Below are positions 56,058-64,000 of a stretch of DNA of 64,000 nt, one piece after another. Positions within the stretch are counted from its first letter, which is position 1, and each line of letters opens with the position of its first letter. The position numbers and the translations under genes are program-made. Source of the DNA: Blepharisma stoltei ATCC 30299 (Eukaryota > Protista > Ciliophora); NCBI GenBank assembly GCA_965603825.1, contig CBFDEM010000002.1, forward strand, positions 248,001-312,000, read 5' to 3'. Below the pieces are notes generated by a model. That model searched no databases. It worked only from the letters and a program-made list of their open reading frames with translations, and was not told the origin of the DNA.

Positions 56058-57305
56058 ATGCTAAGGGCTTTCTCGAATTTTGCTTTAGGCACATTTTCTA
56101 AGCCTTTACTCAAGTCTGTACCGTATAGAAATATTAATACTATAGCTCTCTGCAGATATTTCAGCAAGCAAACTATCAAAGTTCCATCAATGGGTGAGTC
56201 AATTACTGAAGGTGCTGTTCAATCTTGGGTCAAAAAAGTTGGAGATTATGTGAATATGGACGAAATTGTAGTCGTTATTGAAAGCGATAAGCTAAGTCAA
56301 GAGATCAGATCTCCTGTAGCTGGAGAAATTGTCGAGCAGCTTGCAAAAGAAGGAGATGACATCCCTGTTGGGGCTGATTTATTTATTGTTGATACAGACA
56401 AGGTTAAATCAGAAAGCGCAGCAAAAGCTGAAAAACCTAAAGAGCAAGCAAAAGAACAACCTAAAGAGCAGCCAAAAGAACAGCCAAAGGTAGTTGCTAA
56501 AGAGGAAGCCAAACCTCCAACAAAAGAGCAGCCTAAAACTGAGAAAAAACCAGAAGCCCCAGTAGTGACGAAGCCTAAAGTTGAAGCTCCAAAGGTTACA
56601 GGAGAAAGGACTGAAACGAGAGAAAGGATGAGCAAAATGAGAAAAAAAATCGCAGAAAGGCTAAAAGGCGCTCAAAACACCTATGCTTTGCTTAGCACTT
56701 TTCAAGAATGTGATATGAGCAGAGCAATGGAGCTCAGAAACATCTATAAAGACGATTTCCTCAAGAAGCACGGCGTCAAGCTTGGATTCATGTCTTTCTT
56801 TGTTAAGGCAGCTACACATGCTTTACTTCATAGCCCAGTCGCAAACGCAGTAATTGATGGAGACGAAATCGTGTATAAAAACTATGTCGATATTTCTGTC
56901 GCTGTTTCCACCCCTAATGGACTTGTTGTGCCAGTCCTGAGAAATTGTGAGCAGAAGTCTTTCGCTGACATCGAAAAAGAAATTGCGAGATTTGCAAATC
57001 TTGCAAGAGATAATAAGCTAGCTTTAGAAGATATGCAAGGAGGAAGCTTTACGATTTCCAACGGTGGAATCTATGGATCGATGCTTGGAACTCCAATTAT
57101 CAACCCACCTCAGACATCAATTTTGGGCATGCATAGCATTGAAAACAGAGCAGTCGTGAAGGGAGACCAAATTGTGGCAAGACCAATAATGTATTTAGCG
57201 CTGACTTATGATCATAGATTACTAGACGGAAAAGATGCTGTTCTCTTTTTAAGAAGCATTAAGATGGCTGTTGAGGAGCCTACAAGAATTCTTTTAGATC
57301 TTTAA
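56058..57305 (+). CDS. DLST: Mitochondrial 2-oxoglutarate dehydrogenase E2 (dihydrolipoamide succinyltransferase)
   Basis: Presequence-like N-terminus, lipoyl domain VPSMGESITEG..IESDK, KEQP repeat linker, GLVVPVLRN, TYDHRLLDG. Confidence 0.96.
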   Translation: MLRAFSNFALGTFSKPLLKSVPYRNINTIALCRYFSKQTIKVPSMGESITEGAVQSWVKKVGDYVNMDEIVVVIESDKLSQEIRSPVAGEIVEQLAKEGDDIPVGADLFIVDTDKVKSESAAKAEKPKEQAKEQPKEQPKEQPKVVAKEEAKPPTKEQPKTEKKPEAPVVTKPKVEAPKVTGERTETRERMSKMRKKIAERLKGAQNTYALLSTFQECDMSRAMELRNIYKDDFLKKHGVKLGFMSFFVKAATHALLHSPVANAVIDGDEIVYKNYVDISVAVSTPNGLVVPVLRNCEQKSFADIEKEIARFANLARDNKLALEDMQGGSFTISNGGIYGSMLGTPIINPPQTSILGMHSIENRAVVKGDQIVARPIMYLALTYDHRLLDGKDAVLFLRSIKMAVEEPTRILLDL

Positions 57306-57487
57306 GAGATAATCTAATTTCATTCACTATAATCAAGAAATGCTTAAATTATTATAAGAAAAATCTAACTAGGATTTTCGCACTGAGAAAGCCTATTAAA
57401 TAGCAAAAATTGCTATATTTTAGAAAATCACGAAAACCTATGAAGTTTAACTGAGGGAGAAGGTAACAATATAATTAATATTATGAA

Positions 57488-57907
57488 TTAATCAGCATCT
57501 GCTGTGCTGTTGCTTCTACTTCTTGCCAAAATCGCTTGCTGAAAAAATCCAGTTGATCTTGGAGGTGAGCCTTCACTCTGTTCTCTCACCTGTCGCTTCA
57601 ATGCATCAATTGTATGTTTTAATTCATTAATATTTGCCTGAAGTTTATCAATTTGCATGGACTGCTCATAAGTCGTTTTTTTCAAAATTTTTATTAATAG
57701 CTGGTCTTCTTCTTGCTCTCGTAATAATGTTTCAACAGAGTAGATGCTGGACTCAATTGCAGATGGCGTCAGTGAAATCGGAGGAGGAAGTTCAGCAGAG
57801 TCCAATGGTTTTATTTCAGGGCTTGGAGCATAAACTCGAAGTTTTTTATATTCGTGGTAAGCCATTGACGAATATGCTCGCTCTCTTAGCTGCGGCAAAT
57901 CACTCAT
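57488..57907 (-). CDS. Small coiled-coil hypothetical protein, 139 aa
   Basis: Intact ORF with AT-rich flanks. Confidence 0.7.
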   Translation of the reverse strand: MSDLPQLRERAYSSMAYHEYKKLRVYAPSPEIKPLDSAELPPPISLTPSAIESSIYSVETLLREQEEDQLLIKILKKTTYEQSMQIDKLQANINELKHTIDALKRQVREQSEGSPPRSTGFFQQAILARSRSNSTADAD

Positions 57908-57961
57908 AATTTATTAATTATTCGCAAAGCCTGATTTTCATATGAGTTTATTTGATAATAA

Positions 57962-59074
57962 ATGAACACAAACTATCTAAGAACTAATTATAAAATACCT
58001 AACTTCACCAGCGAGGAAAGACTATTTTACCTGGGCCGAAATCAAGAATACGAAGAAGAGAGCTCAATTGTTAGACTTGGATACGATGAGAAAAAAAGTC
58101 CTACTCACAGAAGCACTTATTCAATTGATGAGTTTAAATTAAAAGCATTATCAACCCCAAATAAGCCAAGTCACAAACGAACGATAAGTGGGACACATGC
58201 CTATTTTACAGAACTCAGAAGTTTTGGGAGCAAGTCTCCACCTTCAAATTCAGAAAAAAGTGATGAGTTAAACGGAAACTGCTGTTTAAGCAAATACACT
58301 AATAATCAAGTATTGCCAGAGCTCTGCGAGTATGATGAAACCCCAGTTGTAGCCAATAACGCAGAAGAGCAAAGCCAGACTGATTTCCCTGAACAAGAAT
58401 CTCCACTTGGTCTTGAGGTTTTTGAAGAGATGATGGAAATAATTTCAAGTAAAGACTCCGAAAAATCAAAAAATAAAGCAAAAAGAATCAGACAGCTTAA
58501 AGAAATACTACTAGAAAAACTAAAAAAGAGCTCTTCTTTCGATTCAGCATCTTTTTCTAAAAATGAGCTACTGAGTACTGAAAGACTTTCTGAGTTAATA
58601 AAAAGCTCTTTTACCTCAAATCGCACACAAGTTGGGCCTGGGAGTTCAATTTTACTAAATGAGCCAAGTATAGAAGCTCCTGAATACAATAATTTTTTAA
58701 AAGGAATCAATAAGACTCCTATCTCATACTCAAAACTAAGCGGTGAAAAAAATAACATGAGTAAAATTGAGGAGATTTTAATGCATGTTTGCAAAAAGAG
58801 CGCATATCAGATAAACAATATTAAGCGAAAAATGAACAATGCAAAGTGAGCTAAGAGGTTTGTGGTGATTTTTAATAGTTCAGAAAATTCAGAAAATGTA
58901 GGGGTTTATGGAAAAGAGTTTATTAATTTCAGAAAGATTGATGGTGATCAAAGTTTTCCAGAAAATGTATTTAAGCCACAAATTGAACGAGAGCTTGTGT
59001 TTGACGAAGAAAATGAATTGAAAGAAATAGATAGCGAAGACGAAGCTGATGCGGTTATTTTATATAAGTCATAA
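57962..59074 (+). CDS. Disordered protein with a C-terminal CKK (CAMSAP/Patronin)-like domain, 370 aa
   Basis: TGA 58847 joins two ORFs; KNN..KIEEILMHVC...FVVIF...GVY...KIDG...P....IE...DAVIL follows the CKK pattern. Confidence 0.68.
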
Positions 59075-59501
59075 ATTACTCATCAGACAATAATTAAATA
59101 AAGTCAATTCTGTATGTAGATAATATATTAAAAAATTCAACGATTTTTGTTTAGAAATAATATTATCAGCTGGAATGAAAATAATATAAGAAATAGCCTT
59201 GGCGAAAATCATTTAAGAAGTCTTACAATTAAAAAATAAAATAAAATTTTAATTACAAATAAAGATGACTTTAAGACATTAAATATATTAAATTTTGCTT
59301 CAGCCATTTTATCCTATGGATTAGTATTGCAGTCATATAGAATTTTAATTCTTTACTATTAAATTTGCTTGGATTCAATTTACTCTTTTATAAGGACCTT
59401 CAAGCCTTTACATATTGAATATGCTTAAATTTTATTTTATGTTATATTATATTTATTATGATAGGTTTACTTACATAAAAACGAACGAAAGTAATTTATA
59501 A

Positions 59502-60404
59502 ATGGGTGGATGCGGATCTCGAACAACTTCTGTAAAAATCATATTTTCTTTTGACAAGCGATATTTTTCTAGCTGGACAAGAAAACAATGAATTCCAAAA
59601 GAAACCTCATTTCGCCAAATTCATAGCGAAATTAAGAAAGCACTACTTTCTTCATATTCACAGCAGAAATATAAAATTTTGCTCAAATTTCGAAGCAAAT
59701 TTTACAGCTCTCATGACCCTACAACTTTTTTGGATCTAAATGCCAAAAATGGTGAAAAAGTCTCGATTTCTGTGGTTCCGAAAGAAGAAACTAAAGGAAA
59801 AGACTCTATAAATGTAAGGCTTCATTGTTGTATAGAAGAGTGTATATGTGTATTTATCAAAAGAAGATCGACTTTTTGTCAGCTTCAAGAAGAAATTCTG
59901 AAGTCCAAGACATGTTGCACTCAAACAGACTTGAAAATTGTGTATAAAGATTTAGAGCTTTCACCTGAGGATTTAGTTCCTGATATAGGAAATGAAGCCC
60001 TCGATGTATTTTCTAATTCTAAGCCCTATGAAAGTATACTCAGCCCATGAAAAATCAAAAAATCAGGCCTGGTCAAAGAAGGGCTTTGTATGAACGTGGA
60101 CTGCTTGGCCTACAAGCAAATTGTTTCAGTTAATAAAGGAATAGGCCATTTTAATTTAATTGCTGAAATGAGCCTCCTTAATAGCGAAAAGTGTGTAATT
60201 TGTAACGAAAAACTTCATAACACTCACAGAATAGGATTTGTGAACTGCGTATATTCATATTCTGCAGTTAAAAATGACGAAACTTCCCAAATCGAAAACT
60301 ATAGAACAGTTGTGGACTATGAAGAGTTTGAGCTTATCAAACAAGACGAATGAATTCAGTTTGAAATCACAGTTTCTGCTAGGTCTGACAATTTCTTCTT
60401 ATAA
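59502..60404 (+). CDS. Acylation-signal (MGGCG) protein with two ubiquitin-like units and a Cys-rich C-terminal domain, 300 aa
   Basis: One frame through 3 TGAs; two Ubl-patterned units, then PWK..SGLVKEGLCMNVDCLAY..G.G.F..CVIC...GFVNCVY. Confidence 0.75.
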
Positions 60405-60435
60405 TATTAGTAAATTTAATTCATTATTTAATACA

Positions 60436-61527
60436 TTAATTCTTCAATGCCTGCTCCTTTGGCTGAGTGATATTATTGTTATCAGGCTGTAGGGTGGCAT
60501 CGAAGAAATAGCCAACAAATAAGTCTTGCATTGAAGACTCCTTGACTTCTGCAAGCTCAGCTTCGTCTTTTCACTCATTCATTACTTGTTTGCTATCAAA
60601 GTTATTTTCTAGGGATGGAATAAAAGGTGACGTTTGGGATTTTTCAAATATTTTTTGCCAGCTTACGTTTCTAAGCCATGCATGAGATTTTACTTCACTA
60701 GGGCCGTTTAGCCCTAATCTTTGTTGAGGTTTTCTTTGCAACAGTTTATTTGCAAAATCTGCCGCTTCTACCGACCATCCTTCAGGGATATCTGGCTTCC
60801 TTATTTGTACCTGTTTTGCCAAAATGGCATCCCTTATTTCTTTTCTATTTCTCCCTTGATATGGTCTTCGTCCTAGCATGAACTCATAAACTATAACTCC
60901 AACTGCAAAATAATCAGCTTGAATATTATGGTTCTGCCTACAAATCACTTCAGGCGCCATATACCCTGGGGTTCCTGAAGTTTCATTTCCATTTTCAGGC
61001 TGCCAAATTCTCGCAATCCCAAAGTCAGTAAGTCTAACATATCCTTTATCATCTAAAACTAGATTTTCTGGCTTGATGTCTCTATGAATAATTCCATTCA
61101 TATGAAGATATTCAAGTCCACTCAAAATGCAAGCTACAAAAAAACGTGTCTGCTCCTCTGTAAACCTCCTTTGCCGTCCCAAATGAAAGCGCAGATCGCC
61201 TCCAGGCATCAAATCCATGGCTAAGTACAAGTTTTCTCGGTCTTGGAAAGCAAACCTCATATTAACGATAAATGGATGACGCAATATAGCAAGCAGCCTT
61301 CTTTCGTTCATTACTGAATGAACGCTTTTTTTAGATATAATTCGCCTTTTTTGCATTTCTTTCATTGCGTATGAAACTTTTGTTTTTTTGTGTACAACAC
61401 GCCAAACTTTGCCAAAGCCTCCTTTGCCAATTGGGTAGTGAAACTGAAATTGATGATGGTTGAGAGCTGATTAGGGCTTACATATTGTAGGATCAGTGTT
61501 TTCGGTTCGAAAATTGCAGTTGCCCAT
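60436..61527 (-). CDS. AGC-group Ser/Thr kinase with MGNC acylation signal, ~358 aa
   Basis: IGKGGFGKV, YAMK, HRDIKPEN, DFGIA, SGTPGYMAPE, hydrophobic motif LFVGYFF; intron 61467-61481, TGA 60571. Confidence 0.93.
61467..61481 (-). other. 15-nt intron
   Basis: GTAAGCCCTAATCAG; removes an in-frame TAA. Confidence 0.9.
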
Positions 61528-61964
61528 TTATATTTATCGAGCAGCAGTAAGCCATTTCTCCGATGTTTTTTGGAATAAGGTAACGCTTGAAGTTAAAAAT
61601 AGCTGCTCTAGCAAGTATAGAGACTCAGAGATAGAATGATTAATTAAAATTGCATATAAAGATGAGTCTTTTAAATATAAACTAATAGGAAAAAAATTAA
61701 CGAAATGTTATTATATCATATTTGATGAAAAATTATGGAAAATATCAAATTTGACTATAACAGACAGCAGATATCTAAACAAATAAGCTTTTGCCCAATT
61801 AAACTCTGTTAAAAGTTAATCAATTCTTATTATTATATCGACAGAATTGAAATTTATAGATTTTTGATTACTTTTTTTATCATATTTAATTTGTATTGGC
61901 TGAATAATATTTACTCATATCAAAACTTACCATCTTTTTAAAATTTAAAACTAGAAAAAATGAA

Positions 61965-62402
61965 TTAATTATTTTGGCTATAACACCCCAAAAATCCAAG
62001 AGGATCTTCTATTTTCTCTACTCTACTCGGTTTATTTTCTTTTTCCCCACTCTTCAAACTAACCACTTTTCTCTCAGAGTCTCTGAATAATCCAGCCTTG
62101 CTGCTTCTCTCAAACACATTCCCCCACGGCTCCTTCTTTTTCTCACAAAATCTCATGCACGCGTTCATGTCTTTTAATTTGACTTCAAAAATATCCCTAT
62201 ATTTCTTTAATTTCCTCATTTCCCTCAGTCTCACTTTTTTCAGCACCCCTTCATGATCACTTGTCGGGAGCTTCAAAATCTCTTTCTCAATGTTATCCCC
62301 TTTATAATGCGAAATGATCCCTTGCGATGACTCCTCTCTCCTTACAATGAATTCGTCTACTTGTTTGTCACTCTCCAAAGCGTCAATGATGTTAATAGGC
62401 AT
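61965..62402 (-). CDS. Hypothetical charged protein, 145 aa
   Basis: Intact ORF with AT-rich flanks. Confidence 0.65.
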   Translation of the reverse strand: MPINIIDALESDKQVDEFIVRREESSQGIISHYKGDNIEKEILKLPTSDHEGVLKKVRLREMRKLKKYRDIFEVKLKDMNACMRFCEKKKEPWGNVFERSSKAGLFRDSERKVVSLKSGEKENKPSRVEKIEDPLGFLGCYSQNN

Positions 62403-62434
62403 ATTTAAAATATGGAGTGTTTGATTAGAAATAT

Positions 62435-64000
62435 TTAGCTTATTATAAAGCTCTCATCATTGTTGCCGATGGATACCAAATAGAACTTCTTTCTTCTGGA
62501 ATCATAGGACAAGATACGAGCATTTCTCGTACAGTAGGTATACTCGTTATCAAATTTGCCTGGCTGATGTCCCCAAAACGTGCCTTTCACTGGAGTTTGT
62601 CCTAATTCTTTTATGCTCCCTTCATAAATGATTTTCCAAGCATTGGGGTTCTCCTCACCTTCTTCATTAAGTCCTCCAAAAATTATGAAACTGTCTTCAA
62701 ATCCGATTGCTCCGAGGCTTGACAATCTTTGGGGTAGTTTAAAAGTTAATTTCTCCCATCTTCTATTAAGTCTGATAACTGATCTGCAGGTTTTTCCTGA
62801 TTTTATTCCTCCAACTACATATAAATCGTTCCCTACTGAAAAAGAAGCAGCATATTCTCGTGGCTTTTCTAATGGCTCAAGTGATCTCCAAGACAGCGAT
62901 CTTAAGTTCAAGGCTTCAACTTCTACTGTATCTTTTCCACTAATTACTACTAAGGAGCCATTGTGGATACAAGCCGTATGGTGCTTGTGAGAGACTTTTA
63001 GATCGCTTATAGGTGAAAATGCATAGGTGTCCCAAAGCCAAGCTTTATTGCTGCTGACTATGATTAGACCAATTGATGTCTGAGTTAAGCTATAGTCTTT
63101 CTTTAAGCCTATTGTAACTTCGTGATGAGTTACTGAGCATTCTTTTGGATGATATCCTACAAGCTGATTGCTGAGTGGATTAATATAGAACCCAACTTCG
63201 GAGTATATCAATTCTTCATGTTGAGGAACCTGGAGGTCTAAATTGAATTCTAATTGAGGATTTTCTTCTTTACCATCCTCAGCCTCTTGTGTATTCTTTT
63301 TCTTGTTGCTTACCATTTGCAAGTCATCAAATCCTTCGTTGATTTCTTCCCTTTCTTCAACTCTCACTGTGACAACTCCTTTTGGTGGCTCTACTTCAAC
63401 TTCAACTTCCTCTTGCTCTTGCTCTTCCTCTTCAAATTGAATATTGAAATAATTGCATAGTTCTTTGGAGACTTTTTTTTCTCTCGATTTTCCTTCTCTT
63501 GCAAGTTTCTGAAGCACGTCACTAATAGCTTTGCAAGACAAGCAAGTTCCTTTTCCTCCTTGATTTTCCAGAATAACTCCTTTCATAATCCCTTTTTTCC
63601 CACATACCAAACCTCCTTGAGCCTCTTTATTCATAGCAATAGGGAGTTGAAAATGAAATTGATCAAATGGAATTGCATTTGTCTTGTTTTTATCTATTAC
63701 ACCTTCCTTTCCAATAAACAAAACATTGATTTCTTCATTTTTTCCAATATCATCTTCATTAAGCCTAATTCTGCTTCTTTTTCTAAGCGCCTCTGCATCG
63801 TTTGCTTCAAGCTCAAGTTTCAATATGACGGCTTCGTCCACTATTGCGGCATAAATTTTTTCATTGAATTTTTGAGGGTTTTTGATCCCTGGAATCACCA
63901 CTTGAAGTGAAGGTATGACAGACTTATCAGGACAAACGATTTTTGATACCAAAACATACTCAGGGGTCAGAAGAATTGATGAAAAATAGATATCGCCTCG
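62435..64000 (-). CDS. 5'-truncated Kelch-repeat protein with a possible degenerate trypsin-like N-terminal domain
   Basis: Frame open to the window edge; Kelch repeats (LYVVGG, FIIFGG, W..L.PL.KPR); acidic linker. Confidence 0.8.
   Translation of the reverse strand, partial: RGDIYFSSILLTPEYVLVSKIVCPDKSVIPSLQVVIPGIKNPQKFNEKIYAAIVDEAVILKLELEANDAEALRKRSRIRLNEDDIGKNEEINVLFIGKEGVIDKNKTNAIPFDQFHFQLPIAMNKEAQGGLVCGKKGIMKGVILENQGGKGTCLSCKAISDVLQKLAREGKSREKKVSKELCNYFNIQFEEEEQEQEEVEVEVEPPKGVVTVRVEEREEINEGFDDLQMVSNKKKNTQEAEDGKEENPQLEFNLDLQVPQHEELIYSEVGFYINPLSNQLVGYHPKECSVTHHEVTIGLKKDYSLTQTSIGLIIVSSNKAWLWDTYAFSPISDLKVSHKHHTACIHNGSLVVISGKDTVEVEALNLRSLSWRSLEPLEKPREYAASFSVGNDLYVVGGIKSGKTCRSVIRLNRRWEKLTFKLPQRLSSLGAIGFEDSFIIFGGLNEEGEENPNAWKIIYEGSIKELGQTPVKGTFWGHQPGKFDNEYTYCTRNARILSYDSRRKKFYLVSIGNNDESFIIS

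Noticed and set aside
56436-56540. KEQP tandem repeats in DLST as a CRISPR-like or mobile repeat
   Set aside because: An ordinary low-complexity coding linker of an E2 subunit.
21976-59074. A cilia/centriole gene cluster (PLK4, SPEF1, CKK, CH, NDK-like, IFT25-like)
   Set aside because: The genes are interspersed with unrelated ones, and such genes are abundant in ciliates; enrichment cannot be shown without genome-wide counts.
59532-59572. Apparent intron starting GTAAAAATC in the Ubl gene
   Set aside because: No AG at position 15-17, and the frame reads through without splicing.
1005-60573. TGA as selenocysteine
   Set aside because: The TGAs align with conserved Trp rather than Cys, and occur in non-redox proteins.
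675-61365. Fragmented ORFs read as pseudogenes
   Set aside because: The breaks are in-frame TGAs at Trp positions or consensus micro-introns; no unexplained frameshifts remain.
4505-63910. Numerous antisense or alternate-frame ORFs in the track (e.g. 5142..5525, 8642..9139, 29789..30325, 44281..44778, 58306..58794)
   Set aside because: They are shadows of well-supported genes on the other strand or frame and carry no recognisable motifs.
1-64000. Telomeric repeats, transposases, retained germline IESs, tRNA or rRNA genes
   Set aside because: None recognised by eye; all coding regions are explained without insertions. A tRNA/Rfam scan of the longer intergenic gaps is still needed to exclude small RNAs.

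Overview
A gene-dense, AT-rich eukaryotic window with a non-standard genetic code. TGA is read as Trp: by hand count about 60 in-frame TGAs, many at invariant Trp positions (papain S-W-AFS, myotubularin SG-W-LEHI, lipin D-W-T, TGS1 KY-W-NQRY, Sin3 Q-W-ISVP). Every complete gene model I built ends in TAA or TAG. Introns are tiny: 10 of 15 nt and one of 17 nt, all GT..AG with an A six bases from the 3' end. This combination matches the macronuclear genome of a heterotrich ciliate, most likely Blepharisma (inference). The supplied standard-code ORF track therefore fragments many genes; re-reading with TGA=Trp and micro-introns gives about 45 genes. Recognisable ones: myotubularin, cytosolic-type GluRS, PMCA-type Ca2+-ATPase, two acylated AGC kinases, lipin, calpain, FBXO15-like, PLK4, TBC1D5-like, a 4xCH protein, an EAG/CNG-like K+ channel, TGS1, SPEF1, Sin3, DLST and a CKK-domain protein. 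Most unusual: (1) a degenerate small GTPase fused to a tetraspanin-like 4-TM domain; (2) a membrane-anchored cathepsin-L-like protein with Ser in place of the catalytic Cys; (3) a ~1392-aa pseudo-NDK repeat gene whose N-terminus is a diverged copy of the N-terminus of the gene 10 nt downstream; (4) a B-box/Zn-finger-NADAR fusion; (5) an F-box protein ending in a polybasic CaaX-like tail; (6) several other apparent pseudoenzymes; (7) strongly gene-dependent use of TGA versus TGG for Trp. I found no rRNA, tRNA, CRISPR array, telomeric repeat or transposase. All domain calls are from recalled motifs, not database searches.
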